DNA of 61,917 nucleotides, counting the filler, from Globobulimina sp. (taxonomy: Eukaryota), in NCBI GenBank assembly GCA_003354225.1. It is 13 parts of 13 records of this genome, joined end to end, with 100 filler letters (N's around TTAATTAATTAA, not from the genome) between each part and the next. Parts side by side here need not be neighbours in the genome. Positions count along the whole stretch, not along the records: positions 23,876 to 28,546 come from PIVH01001013.1; positions 28,647 to 33,317 come from PIVH01001014.1; positions 33,418 to 38,087 come from PIVH01001015.1; positions 38,188 to 42,857 come from PIVH01001016.1; 9 more parts are not named here. One strand, 5' to 3'. Position 1 is the first letter of the stretch. Each line of letters opens with the position of its first letter. The notes under the pieces are model-generated. The model was not told the DNA's origin and did no database searches. It saw nothing but the letters and a program-made list of their open reading frames with translations. Shown piece after piece: positions 23,934-38,681 of the stretch. The translations under genes were made by a program, and so were the position numbers.

Positions 23934-25611
23934 TCAATCATCGTGAGTTTGTTGCAAAAAAGTATTGTTTGCACTGTCTGTTATCTGAGACGCATACACA
24001 TTTCGAGTATCTGTCTTATCATCGGATGATTCCGATGAATTAACCATGGTTTTCGCAAATATAAATTCATTTTCATTTTCATTGCTATTTACATCTTCAT
24101 TATTTGTCGACGTCTTTGCTTGTTTCAGCAAAACTAGTGCAAACAACGGAAGTAATCCAGAAACACTGCATATAATGGTATACAATGTTAAATTATTCCA
24201 ATGCGACTCCTTTACATTTAACCCTGTTAATAATATCGAAGATATTGCAGACGATGCAAGTTCCCCTAAATGCGATATGCCAATAAAACATGCAAAAACA
24301 GAGGTTTCTAACCGTAACGGACTCATTTGTGCAGCCAACGTTAACTGCGGCATCAACACCAAACTTGATACCAATGTGTCAATCAATAGCATGGCTGAGA
24401 CAAAATAACCAAATGGTATCCCATAAACACCTCTCAATGACTCATCATTTTCAAACGAATTTGACAGATTTGACAATGGAACGAAGGTTAATCCAAATAA
24501 ACAATTCAATAATTGCATCATCACAAATATCCATATTAAATATCGTTTATTTGCACAATATTTTGCTAAAAATAAAAAATAAAGCAAACCACCCAATGCT
24601 GCACCACACAAACTCATAAACTTAAAAATTCGATACTGTTCGTTTGAAAAATAATATCGCGAATAAATAAACGTATAAAAAACATCAGTTATCGTCGGTG
24701 GAATGTTTAATAAAAACACAAATATTAAACACTTCCATATTTTGCTGATTATGGTCCAATATTTGCTTAATTCACTCATCAATGTCCTGTTATTTCTGCA
24801 ATGTGTATCTTGTGGCTGTTGCGAATGTAAATTAATACTAGATTTAGGAAATAGTAACAGTAAAAAAGGTAAAACAACACAGAGATAAATGATTCCTGTC
24901 AGTGTGATTACGCTGTAATTGGCAAAGTTGTTTAATCCAATAAGCATTCCCGACGATGACAGACTGCCGCAACAGCGGACAAAATATGATAATGATTGAA
25001 TGCTTGCCGCTGAACCAAAACTAAAATGTGTTTGACAGCAATTTGGATGTTGTGCAGCAATGCGTTGCTTACGTGTTTGTAGGCATTCATCGGTTAATAA
25101 GGATTCATTTTTATTGTGTTGATTTTGTTTGAAATAATTTGAAATTTCAACAGAAATCCCATCGATAATGGCATTGCAGAAAGCTAATCCAATATTTAGT
25201 ATTACAGTAAATACAAATAAGAATGCAAAGTTAGGTTTGGTCGAACCGATGGTTATATACATTGTGCCACCAATAACTACACCACACATTGCAAAGAATT
25301 GCTGTTTGCAACATGTATATAACGAGAAAAATTGAGCGATCACAGCAAATAATGGTTGGAAGGAGAATGTTGTAAATGCAGACGTGTAATACCATGTTTG
25401 TATTGATGGTGATATGTCCAGATTTTGGGTTAATATTAAACCAAATGCAGTTGTCGGCAATTCCTGTCATAATCAAATTGTTTGCCAAAAAATGCATGAA
25501 AACATCCAGGTATAAAATGTATGTTAATTGGTATACCTCAGCAAAAGCAAACATAAAGAATACCAACAATAGACAGACAATTCTAGCGTGAATGGTATTA
25601 CAAATCTCCAT
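23934..25611 (-). CDS. BT1/folate-biopterin MFS transporter; intron about 25463-25536
   Basis: About 12 TM helices; AFCNAIIDGISVE, SIQSLSYFVR and LMPQLTLAAQMSPLRLETSVFA match the BT1 family pattern. Confidence 0.8.
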
Positions 25612-25675
25612 TATTGCTGTCTAAAATTAAAAATAACTTAAAAATAAAACAAAAATAAAACTTTTTTAACAAACA

Positions 25676-27267
25676 ATGACTGCTGATGTTTGTGACCAGG
25701 ATCCGTTCAGGGGTTCATACTTGCAATTTGCATTGACGCTACCTTTCTGCATGCTATTCCAATTGATATTATTGGGAAACACTACGTACTATGAATGGAA
25801 ACAGATGCAAAAACACACAAAAGATGCTACTGACATTAAAATGAAATGTTTATTGCGTTTAACATATATTGTTGTTCAATTAACTGGTTTCTATTTTACA
25901 ACAATGGAACTTTTTCGTTTTGTAATTGCGCCATATTCATTAGTATTCCATGGTAATTTATTGTGCAAAATCTCTGCATATTCACCGAAACTTATTAACA
26001 CAATCTTTTATGGATGCTATGGATGTCATATCTTATTGAGATTACAATTAGCATTGCGAGGCTCAGCTTTTTCCGTACACAAACATGCAATTATTTGTTT
26101 ATTATGTATTACAGTGATCCCCTTACTATGTTTGCCAGTGCTTATTATCGCATTCTCGTCGTCACCATGCATTTGGCAATGGACACCGATGGATATCCAT
26201 GATATTAATGACAAAACATTTTCATTTTGTGCACTTCCACAGGATGCAGCATCTGGAATATTGAATATATTTATTATCGGCACTGTCTATGCAGTTCTCA
26301 TCAATATTATATTCAGGTAAGTTTGCCAGATTTATGATTGTTTGATATATTCATACTACACAAATTTAAATGTATTTATAGTGTGGTTTTTTGTGCCAAA
26401 TTAAAAGACGTATTGTCCGAAAACGAAGATGGCGAACAAAAAAACCAGATGTTAAAAACTTTGGTGATCAAATATTCAGAACTAACGTTTGTTGGTTGTA
26501 TATCAACATTAATACACTATATATTATATTTTATATTATATTCAATATTTGGCATTGGCTCATTTTTATTATATACGGATATATGTTTACATTGTTTAAT
26601 GTTGGCGTTAATGCATAATTATAATGAATCGTACTATAAACCAATATGCAACAGTTGTTTTTTAAAATGTTTTGTTGGTAGCGGCACATCAGTGATCAAA
26701 CAGAAATTGGCCATAGTTGCAATACAAAAACCTGCTGAACACACAACCTCAGTTAAACCAGACACGAATGGTGCATCCAATGATCATTCTAATCATTCTG
26801 ATGAGGAAGGAGTGGAATTGGAAGAGGGGAATGGATCTAAACATTCTGACCAAGAACAGCTGGAAATGGAAATGGAAGAGAAAAACATTGAAATTGTAAA
26901 TTTAAAACTTATATTAACAAATAATAATAGTATGGTTGTACCAATAGGGTCTGACATACATTTGACTCCACCGCCAGTAGTTGATGATGATTATGAATAT
27001 GATGATGATCGACGAAGGGAATCAATGCGAACCACGTTGAGTGATGCTCAAATTGTTACTGCTTTAAAACCAATACAAAAAGGAGTCAAACGTTTTATTG
27101 ACAATGAACGTGAGATATGGTCTCCGATTCGATATAAATATAAACCGGATAATGCTTCAATTTTGAAACCAAAAAAATCTGCAACTACGTTGGCCGCAGT
27201 TAAACCATTAACAGATACAAACAAACAGAAACCAAAAAAAATGAAAAAAAATGCAAAAAGTATATAA
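25676..27267 (+). CDS. GPCR-like 7-TM protein with long C-tail; intron about 26317-26381
   Basis: Seven hydrophobic segments, a Cys before TM3 (LLCKIS) and a hydrophilic tail. Confidence 0.65.
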
Positions 27268-27631
27268 TTATTATATATAATATGAGTATTTGAATAAGTA
27301 ATGAATCAGTACGATTTATATATATGTATTTGTTTGTCTTTTTTTTGTTGTGGTGTGTACATTTTTTTCGTTGTTTCAAGATTTGTGTCGGTGTCGTTAG
27401 ATGCAAATTGCATTGAGAATAAATGAGAAATCTATTGAGAAATATAAGGTAGGGTTATTTAGTCATAATGTTCAATGTGCGAGAGACCAGTTAGATTCGT
27501 CGGTTGGTTGATTAATAAATGCATTAAAAGAGACACAAACGTGGCCAAAAACAATGCTATTATTTACTTCTGATAATGATAAGTTTTGAAGAACAATCTA
27601 TATCTTGAACAACAAACAAAATTAAAACAAA

Positions 27632-28546
27632 TCATAAATTATCTTTTTCATCTTTAAAATTACCAATTATTATTCGTGTCTCATTATATCCAGGATAAAT
27701 ATTAATTATTTCTTTATCTTTATCAAAATAATTTGAATCAAATAAAAATGGTTTCTTAATACATTTTGGCGGATTATATTCAATATCTCCCCATTGATTA
27801 CGATGAAATAATAAACATTGATTATATTCATTGTCGCCCCACAAATAATATTTATAATCCGCTGTCTTAATAATATTATGATTTGCACCACATTTAATAT
27901 CAATAATTGTTTCCTTTTTTAATGTTTCATTTGGTTGTGGTAAATATACATCTTCATTTGCACCATTTCCACATTGATAAGCACTATTCTCTCCAAAACA
28001 ATATATCTTATTTTTTTGAATGTGACAAAACAATACAAAAATAAATAAACACAAAAAAGAGCAAAACTTTATTATTTAATGATAATAATATATTATGCGC
28101 TTTGCCACAACATATTTTACCGATTTTAATATTGTTTTGAATAAAATATTGTATTCTTGTTGGCAAATGTTTATTATTACCATCTCCATGACCTAAACTA
28201 CCATAGGCACCATATCCCCACGACCAAACACCATAATTATCATCAATTGCTAAGGTATGCAAACATCCACAATATATATCCTTAATTTTTATTTTTATTG
28301 GAATTTTTTGAATATTTGGTGATGAGTTAATATCTTTACCTAATCCTAAACCACCAAAACCATAATCATCACCGGCAACATATATTTTACCATTTCTACT
28401 TAAAAATGTTGTATATTTCCATGATGTGGCTACTTTTTGAATCGATAATGATGTATTAATTGGTGTCCATTTATTATTATTTTCTTCATTTGTTTTTACA
28501 CCAAATTGATTATATTCATTACGTCCGACAGCATATAGTTTATTCT
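27632..28546 (-). CDS. RCC1-repeat protein, 5' partial
   Basis: VWSWGYGAYGSLGHG, ICCGKAHN, YCFGENSAYQCG, IKCGANHN, WGDNEYNQC. Confidence 0.9.
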
Positions 28547-28646
28547 NNNNNNNNNNNNNNNNNNNNNNNNNNNNNNNNNNNNNNNNNNNNTTAATTAATT
28601 AANNNNNNNNNNNNNNNNNNNNNNNNNNNNNNNNNNNNNNNNNNNN

Positions 28647-28948
28647 TGGATTGGCCACACGATATTTGTTTCACCGTGTCTGTAAAATGTCAAATCCATA
28701 ACATTATACGAAAAGGCAAAAGATGCTGGAAGATAATGGGAAATGGTGGATCCGATCGCATGTTTATCCTGAATGAAACTGTAAAATGAATAAAATGTAA
28801 TGATCATACATAAATATTTGTAAATCTCTTGCATGGGGTGTGATTGACCCATCACATACGCATTCGATTCCTTCTTGAAATAAATCTTGAATAAGAACAA
28901 CCACAACATTGAACATCCAATGAAACATGACAACAATTCTAAATCCAT
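28647..28948 (-). CDS. Membrane protein N-terminus, possibly TLC-domain
   Basis: Hydrophobic ORF from the ATG at 28948 containing FSYNVMDL; runs into the linker. Confidence 0.4.
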
Positions 28949-29099
28949 CTCGAAAAACAAATGTTTCTGTGTTTTCTCTTTTTGAGATTGATTGTTTTGT
29001 CTTTTTTTTTTATTGCGGAGAATATCGATTATGAATAGAAAAAAGGTAGAAAAGAAAAAAGACGAAGTTCTAATATTAGGGTTTTCCACAAAAATAGGA

Positions 29100-30565
29100 T
29101 TATAAAGCATGGATTATGAAGGTAGCTGGAATATACGTTTTCTTGCCCACTCTGGTATAATGTGGTTTTCCTTTATATTTATCATCTTGCATGACATAAT
29201 CACCGTTAACTACTGAATTCCCTCCTTCTCTTCCAGAAATACGCATAACAGTTATTTGATCTTCATCGGATTTTTCTTTCTGATCATTCTGATTCAATAT
29301 TTTTTCCATTCTCTGCACAGTTGTCATATAATAATGATTCAATGTAAATGGTTTGCGTTTCTCTGCTCGAATAATATCATTGATTAATTCTATTGCTTTC
29401 TCTTTATTTCTTTGAAGGATAATATTGAATAAATACTGTAAATTCCTTTGTAATTCATTATAATCCACACAAACATCTATGATTGAATGATTGATTTGTT
29501 TTTTAATCTGATCAAATATTGAATCAATCAATTGCATCGAAGGTTCTTCTAATTTCTCAACCATGGTCCGTATCATTTTAACCGCTATCAATGGATGCAT
29601 TGTATTTGGTAATGCACAAAATCCTCTGCTGCTTCCACTCATTCTTTTTAAATCATATAAAAACGCTTCACCCAAAAAGAATTGAACGGAAATAATTGAC
29701 GGATTTTCTCCGCAAAATCTTCTTGAATTGATAAAACAATGGATGATAAAGAAGCGTCAGAATGATCCATTTCCATCATATTTCCTTCTTTTATTCGATT
29801 TAATTTGCTGAATAATTGGGAGATCAGGATCGAGATTTTATTCTGCGTTATTGGAGATTATTATTGATTAATATTTATAAAAAGATAAACAGCTAAACTG
29901 TGCATTCTTGAGGCGATTTTAATATTTGCGGAAATCCTTTCTGTTCTTTTCGTAATTCATCATATTTTTCATTGATTGCTTTTTTGAGATCAGGAAGAGC
30001 GCGACGCATTGTTTCTGTTTGTAATTCTGCTAAATATTTGCTCAATTCCTTGCTTCCTTTATATTTATCATCGATACATGTCATATTTTCTGCATTCAAA
30101 AAATGTGTAAATTCCTCTTCTTGCACTTGCTTCAATGAGATATTCTTTTGATTCTGTTCATCTGTTCTGTTCTTCACCAAAAATACATGATCAAAATCCT
30201 CTTTAAACGCCTGATATTTCTCATTGAATGATCCTTTGTTGTTCAATAAATCTATGAATGTCAATACAATTAATGTTCGTTCGTTTTCCGGATCCACTTC
30301 TTGAGACATTTTCAATGATGCCGTGTTTGCCGTTTCGTTGATGCATTTCACCACATTGAGCATGATTGTTTGAGAATTGTCGATATATTTCTTCACCAAA
30401 TTCTCGATCATCTATCAAAAACACATGAGTTTATACTTTCTGGAGAATTTCGGAGAAGCAAACCTCGGATTTCTGTGGATTTTTCTTATCGAAATGCACC
30501 AAACCGGGCAGATCAATATCAGCTCTATAAATCGTGAGGACAATCGGCGAAGCGGATATTGATTT
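29100..30565 (-). CDS. Mx/dynamin-like GTPase fragment lacking the P-loop
   Basis: IDLPG (G3), SLKMSQEVDPENERTLIVLT, LVKNRT, SRGFCALPN and PFTLNHYY motifs with introns. No GxxSxGKS found upstream. Confidence 0.8.
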
Positions 30566-30634
30566 CAGAATAAAATTTTGTGGTACAATTTATAAAAGTA
30601 TGCAAATGCGTAAACTAATCATAAATTATGTGTG

Positions 30635-32325
30635 TTACAACTCATTATGCGCCGAACTTGGCGCAGAACTACGCATATATCGTGAACCATAATCATGCAA
30701 AATATTTCTTTTTTCTCTTTCACCAATTTTTTGCCCTCTACCTCTCTTTTCTTTAATTTTTTGAATTTTATCCTCCACCACATCATCCTCCATACGTTCC
30801 ATCATTCTCACATTTGCTGTAAAAAATGATTCAGAAATTGATAAAGGCTCAGCTTCAAATGAACGAAAATGATTACTTTTTTTTAATAAATCAATATTAT
30901 GAAATAACATCTTTCTTTTATTTATTGCTTCATCAAACTTTTCATTCTCGATATCCATCAATATTTCTTTATCAATACTTCGTATTTCATTCAATTGCCA
31001 AAATACTTTAACATGATCATTAATATTATCATCTGATTCTAATCTTTTATCATCGTTTGCAATTAATTCAACCTCGATCTTTCCAGAAACACTTTTTCTT
31101 TCTTTTCTTAAAATATCATTATATTCCAACTTCCAGTCCATCACAGCAATTTTTTCTGCAATTTTATGGTTATCTTTTGCTTCTACCAATAATTCAATTA
31201 TAACATATTTAGAATCACCAGCTCTCAAATCACGAATATCAATTTGATTATAATTGATATGCTCCTCCTCATCCAACAAGCCTCTGTCAAACATATCGCT
31301 AAACCTAACATTTATATTTTCTGTTTCATTTTGTGCTGTGAGCACAGTCAATGTCGCTTTATTACCAACGAGAGCTGCTGCGTCTTTCCTGGCGATTCCA
31401 ATGACTTTGGAAATGGCTTCGGCTGAGTCCATAAAAAAAAAATCACCTCTGGTGGCTTCCGAAATGGCGTTCATTAATTTTCGGTCAAAATCATAACCAA
31501 TGCCAAATGACGATATTGTAACATCCAATTCATTATTCCATGTGGATATGTCATCCAATATCTGTTTATGCAGCAATTAAATGCAAAATGCAACAACATA
31601 TATAACAGAAAATAAACACATTGTACAAGTTACTTGTTTGGTGTCTGTAACCCCCGCATTTAACAATCCGTCGCTGAATAAAAATATCCGTGAATGCGAA
31701 ATAACATCATTTTCTTTGTTTTTACGCACATTTATCCATTTCTTCAACACCTCATATGCTTTTGATAAGCCTCCAAATAAATTGGTAGCTCCACCTGCTG
31801 TGATTTTGTCCACCTTCTCTATAATTCTGCTCTGTGACCGCTTATCACCGTTTTCAACTAATAACTTATTTTATTCGTCACACAAGAAACACATCATCAT
31901 TATATGTATGATTTGTATGTATAGAATTATAGATTATATACTTGAACACTATGATCGTATTGAATAAGATGAATGATATCTCCTTCAATCATATTATCAA
32001 TGATCCCAGTCATGGCTAACTTTGCTTGTTCAATTTTATTTCCTGCCATTGATCCACTTCGATCTAAAACAATTGCTAACTCGAATGGTTGACGAGTTGT
32101 TTGTTGGTCAACTTGGTCATTTGGAATTGATTGTGACGTTGTGATATCAAATAACACTCCAATTTTGGTTGGTGACGTGTTGCTAATATAGTTATGTGAA
32201 ATTGATGGCGTAACTTTAACAATTGGGTCATTTTGCAGGTCGCGTTTTAAAATAGTATTTTCTTCACCGAATGCATTACAAATCAATAGATGAACGACGA
32301 AAACAACCAACGTTAACATATGCAT
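30635..32325 (-). CDS. Secreted vWA-domain protein, 3 exons
   Basis: Signal peptide; MIDAS LAIVLDRSGSMAG, GGATNL, FLFSDGLLNAG, SSFGIGYDFD. Confidence 0.88.
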
Positions 32326-32652
32326 TTGTCTCTATTTGGTTTCCTATGAACCTCAGAACAAAAAGTGTAATTTTGACTAACTGTTTTTCAAGTTACCTCT
32401 ACACGCTTTGAGAGTACATAATTAATTAATTAATTGCAATTCATGTAGCTATAGTCATGTACAGTTAATTATCATTAGTATATTTATGATTGCTCACTCA
32501 TTACAACAATCTCTTCTTCAAAACCGTTTTTTGAGAACATTTAATATATGTCGATCGAACCTTACGTTCTGTTTTTCTCCCACCAAATAAATCAAGTTTA
32601 AATCGCATTGTTTAACTCAAATTAATTGCGTGGAAACAAACCAACCATCAGC

Positions 32653-32871
32653 GGTTCAGTAGCTCAACGTAGAGCGTGTGTCTGTGACTTCTGTCATTCC
32701 AAACGACTGTGCATTATGCATTCTCGGCCTTTTGGCTAAGATTGCCTACTCTCGGCCCCTTGGCTAAGCTGTAGGTGTATCCTTTGTTTGTTTGGTTCAT
32801 TCAAACTTCATCATACAAAATGAACTTGGAAATATTTCACATTGATGTAGGTTCAAATCCTACCTGAGCCA
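32653..32871 (+). tRNA. tRNA-His(GTG)-like gene with a 148-nt insert (32688-32835) at position 37/38; possibly a degenerate tRNA shell
   Basis: Acceptor GGTTCAG/CTGAGCC + A73; D-stem GCTC/GAGC; anticodon stem TGTGT/TCACA (one mismatch) with loop CT-GTG-A; T-arm GTAGG-TTCAAAT-CCTAC; TTTT 3 nt downstream. The D-loop is short and lacks GG. Confidence 0.75.
32716..32782 (+). ncRNA. Two tandem U2 snRNA 5'-end (stem I) sequences inside the tRNA insert
   Basis: 32721-32742 TTCTCGGCCTTTTGGCTAAGAT is identical to the conserved U2 5' region. 32750-32768 TCTCGGCCCCTTGGCTAAG is a variant copy. The canonical GTAGTA branch-site motif is absent. Confidence 0.75.
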
Positions 32872-32959
32872 TATTTTACAACGAGTAAGTCCGATGCCAT
32901 GTTATCCCACTGCAGCGCTCGAAACTTTTGCACTTTGTGTTTTTTATTTTTAACAAACT

Positions 32960-33317
32960 ATGCATCCCTTCCATGCTCTCAGCACAATATTGTGTTGGTT
33001 CTCACTGCTATTGTTTCTAATTAATTGTGTTTGCAGTTCATATAACTTAATTAATACAAACCCAGGATGTTACGATGTAGGATTATGTTTATACGGATAT
33101 CCAGGAGGCAACAATTCAATTCATCCAAAGTATAGTACTCTATATATGCAAACAAACGCCACTATACATATATTTCATTATATAGCGCAGAAGAAAGAAC
33201 ACAACATTTATTTCATAATATCGCACGTGGATTTCCTCGCTCTTTCACCAATTCCAAATTTGGAAAACATAAATATGGAACATGGGGAAATCAAACTTAT
33301 TATATTTGTGATATCAA
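32960..33317 (+). CDS. Secreted hypothetical protein, 3' partial
   Basis: Signal-peptide-like N-terminus, then NPGCYDVGLCLYGYPGG. Confidence 0.45.
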
Positions 33318-33417
33318 NNNNNNNNNNNNNNNNNNNNNNNNNNNNNNNNNNNNNNNNNNNNTTAATTAATTAANNNNNNNNNNNNNNNNNNNNNNNNNNN
33401 NNNNNNNNNNNNNNNNN

Positions 33418-35441
<2,024 letters not shown>

Positions 35442-35659
35442 TAATTTGTTGTGTACGTTTCTGTCACTTTATTATATAATATAATTTTGGGCGTTTATAG
35501 GTCCGCTGTCCTCTCACAAAAAACAAGATAATATTAGACACGCACTTGTGAACGAAGTTGTTTCTTAGAAATTAAATTTTTACAAGAAACACAAAGCAGC
35601 CATAAAAAATAAAAATATATAATACAACACAAACCACACTGGAACAATATTAAAAAAAA

Positions 35660-37435
35660 TTAATTGAGTGGATTAGAAAAGTGATCTTTTATCATTTGTT
35701 GATATTGATCAGTATCATAAAATTTATTTAATGAATCACAAGTCAATAATTTAATAACTTGCTCAATTGCACCATCCAATTTATTTAAACATGAAATGAT
35801 ATCAAATTGATCATAATCAGTTGCAATTGAACTATTTGTATTCATTTTTTCTATAGGATTTATATCATTTTCTGTGGTTTTGAGATAGCTATTAATTTCA
35901 TGATCGTTTGTGTTTGGAGTACATCCAATTGCTTCCATTGAAATATCACATACTCGATCACCATTATTATTACCGTCCAATGATTTTAATATATTCTGTC
36001 TTATTCTTGCTGATATATTAACAGATTGTTCACTCTCTAAAGCTATGTATACATCAATGATATTCACAAACACATTTCTTATCTCATTCATACTTTTTGA
36101 TTTTAATGTTTTTTGTACTTTATCCTTATAATGCATTTTAATTAAAATCCCTGCTTCGGCCTCGCTTATTAGTCTAATAAAATATATATACAAACAATTT
36201 AAAAACATTGCAAACAAAAAACAAACAACACTTAGCTGTGCAGTAATGAGCTCATATTTTAATCTCATAATTTCAAACAAAAATAATAAATGTTCAATGC
36301 TAAATTGTTTCACTAAATGGTTTGCAAATAATTCAAATCCAACTTTATTCGATAAAATACGCTCTAAACTTAACTGTTTCTCACTTAGTGTTTCCAAACG
36401 TTGTTTATTATATTTTTTTAGTATCCATTGTGTTGATATAAATGCCACACTGTAACAAAAACAGCAGATTACAATATTTGTAAATAATAAGCGAATATTC
36501 CAAAATAAGTCAAGGAACGGATACACCACACACACAAAAAGTAAAAATAATACAGCTGCAGCAAATGCTATTAACTGTAATTCCTCTGTTTATTACCAAA
36601 ACAGTGTCAAACTGTGCATATGACAGCAAATGTTTATGTACACAAATAATTAACTTTTAAGGTAAATTGAATCATGCCATTTTCTTATTTTATATGCAAT
36701 TATCATCGCACCTAAGATTGGTGGAATAATGGTGAATAGTTGTAACTGATTTGCATAATATTCGCCCATTGTATAACAACCGAACCTTTGAATGTTTTTC
36801 ATAATGATATTAATTGACAGTATGCGTAATTGGACGCTCATTTTGGTACTATATCCATTGTCCAATTAATATCATAATGAAAAACATAATATTTGCATGA
36901 ATCTCAACTGAATAATAAAGATAGCAATAACCCAAAATATAACAGTGATAATGAGGATTATTTTTATATTTCCTAAAAAATGGTATTTTACTGTCCATGT
37001 CACATAACTTTGTTTGCGTTTCAAAAGACGTTTTTTCCATTCACTTGACATTACTGCAGTATTTCGTTCGTAATCGTAAAATAAGAGCCATATTCTACTA
37101 AATAAGCCATAAATCAATAAATGTAAAACATCAACTAAACACATACGGACATAGTGATTATCAAATCGTGTGGCTGTCTGCCAGATTCGTGGTAAATCGG
37201 TCAACGGTCGAATAATTACTGAGTAAATATTTAACACGATGATGCACAACAATACAGTTTCTGGCCTCCTTTTGCTGATAAACAACACATTCTCTTTGTG
37301 CAATTCCCATAACTGTTTTGTATAAAATATTGTTAATGGAAATAAAATCAATGTATAGATTGATTGAATGATGATGAACAATATGAATGCGACATCATCA
37401 CTCATTTCCAGTGAATCAACTGGAAAAGGTGCCAT
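35660..37435 (-). CDS. 7TM-RGS protein (regulator of G-protein signalling with 7-TM N-terminus), multi-exon
   Basis: TM region with FISKRRP, then RGS core ILSNKVGFELFANHLVKQFSIEHLLFL, VNISARIR and LLTCDSLNKF. Confidence 0.85.
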
Positions 37436-37595
37436 TGTAAAGAGAGATGCAGTTACACAGTTACTCGAAAATGAATATTATGCGCTGTTTGACGGATTCA
37501 ACAAAAACATAACTCAGATTACGAGTTTATAATTATATTGCTATGGGAAAATAGCAAATACAGCGATATATTCTTCACAATATGCTTTTTTCCGG

Positions 37596-37973
37596 TTAAC
37601 GTTCGTTTATTAAAATGTAAGACATATTTTGTGTATCCACCCAAAACTGTTTCCATTTGCTTTCTAAATCAGCGATTAATTTTCCATTATATTTATTGTT
37701 TATTGTTTGTTTAATTTCATATTCATTATGAATTGGATGCACATCACCATGTCCCCAATTATCTACACATTGCCATTTATTTGCCATTTGTTGGTAATAT
37801 CGCCACAATGAATGATTCATTGGATTGACCCATTTTGTTTGATGTATAAACATTACATTATTGCTATTATCCCAAAATTGAAACAAAGCAGTTGCGTCAA
37901 ACGTATTTCCTTTAACAAATCCGGCATATTGCGGCATTATATCCGTATAATAAAATGCTTTCTGTTTCTCCAT
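37596..37973 (-). CDS. Hypothetical protein (possibly a C-terminal fragment)
   Basis: 125-aa Trp/Tyr-rich ORF; its ATG lies within the terminal repeat, about 50 nt from the divergent Ub ATG. Confidence 0.5.
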   Translation of the reverse strand: MEKQKAFYYTDIMPQYAGFVKGNTFDATALFQFWDNSNNVMFIHQTKWVNPMNHSLWRYYQQMANKWQCVDNWGHGDVHPIHNEYEIKQTINNKYNGKLIADLESKWKQFWVDTQNMSYILINER

Positions 37974-38087
37974 TTAAGTAAAACGCATAATTTTTTTGCA
38001 AATGGTATATTAATACATAATGCAATGCAAATGTTTGTTAAAACATTAACTGGAAAGACAATTACATTGGATGTTGAACCAAATGAT
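37969..38087 (+). repeat. 119-bp exact terminal direct repeat, copy 2
   Basis: Identical to 33418-33536. Confidence 0.97.
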
Positions 38088-38187
38088 NNNNNNNNNNNNN
38101 NNNNNNNNNNNNNNNNNNNNNNNNNNNNNNNTTAATTAATTAANNNNNNNNNNNNNNNNNNNNNNNNNNNNNNNNNNNNNNNNNNNN

Positions 38188-38460
38188 AAATTCTCAGATT
38201 TAAAACAAGAAATCTTAACAAACACTGATAATGAGGTTGGTATTCAAGAATATAATGAAATTTTAATCAAATCACAAGAATATATCAAGACAAAAAGAAT
38301 GAGAAAGATGCGGTGTGCGACAAACGAATTTGATGACAGTATAAACTTTGGAATAAAAGAATGTGAACCAATAATATTATGGCATATTATGTCCTTATTA
38401 TTTTACACAGATTTCACAGAGTTATCAACTTCGTTTAGCAAAACCTTTCGCAGAATGGAG
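38188..38460 (+). CDS. Fragment of a hypothetical protein
   Basis: Open from the contig start; contains HIMSLLFYTDFTELSTSFSKTFRR; coding character is lost after about 38460. Confidence 0.4.
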
Positions 38461-38681
38461 GCTCACAGAATTCCAGTACTTTTAGAACTTTGCGTCTATA
38501 TACAAATGAATTGCTGGGTGTCAAAAACGTTCTAGGTAACAGATTCGTTGCGTTAAGTAAAAGCAATTTAAAAAACTCCAGTAAAAAAGTCTGTAGGTAG
38601 ATTACACCCTCATAATACTCATATGCATGCAACCGAAACACAAAAAAAGCATTTATATAACATAATTAATATTATATCACA

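Noticed and set aside
32721-32768. CRISPR-like repeat pair, or a complete canonical U2 gene
   Set aside because: There are only two copies with a 7-nt gap and no cas genes. The GTAGTA motif, stem IIa and Sm site of U2 are not recognisable.
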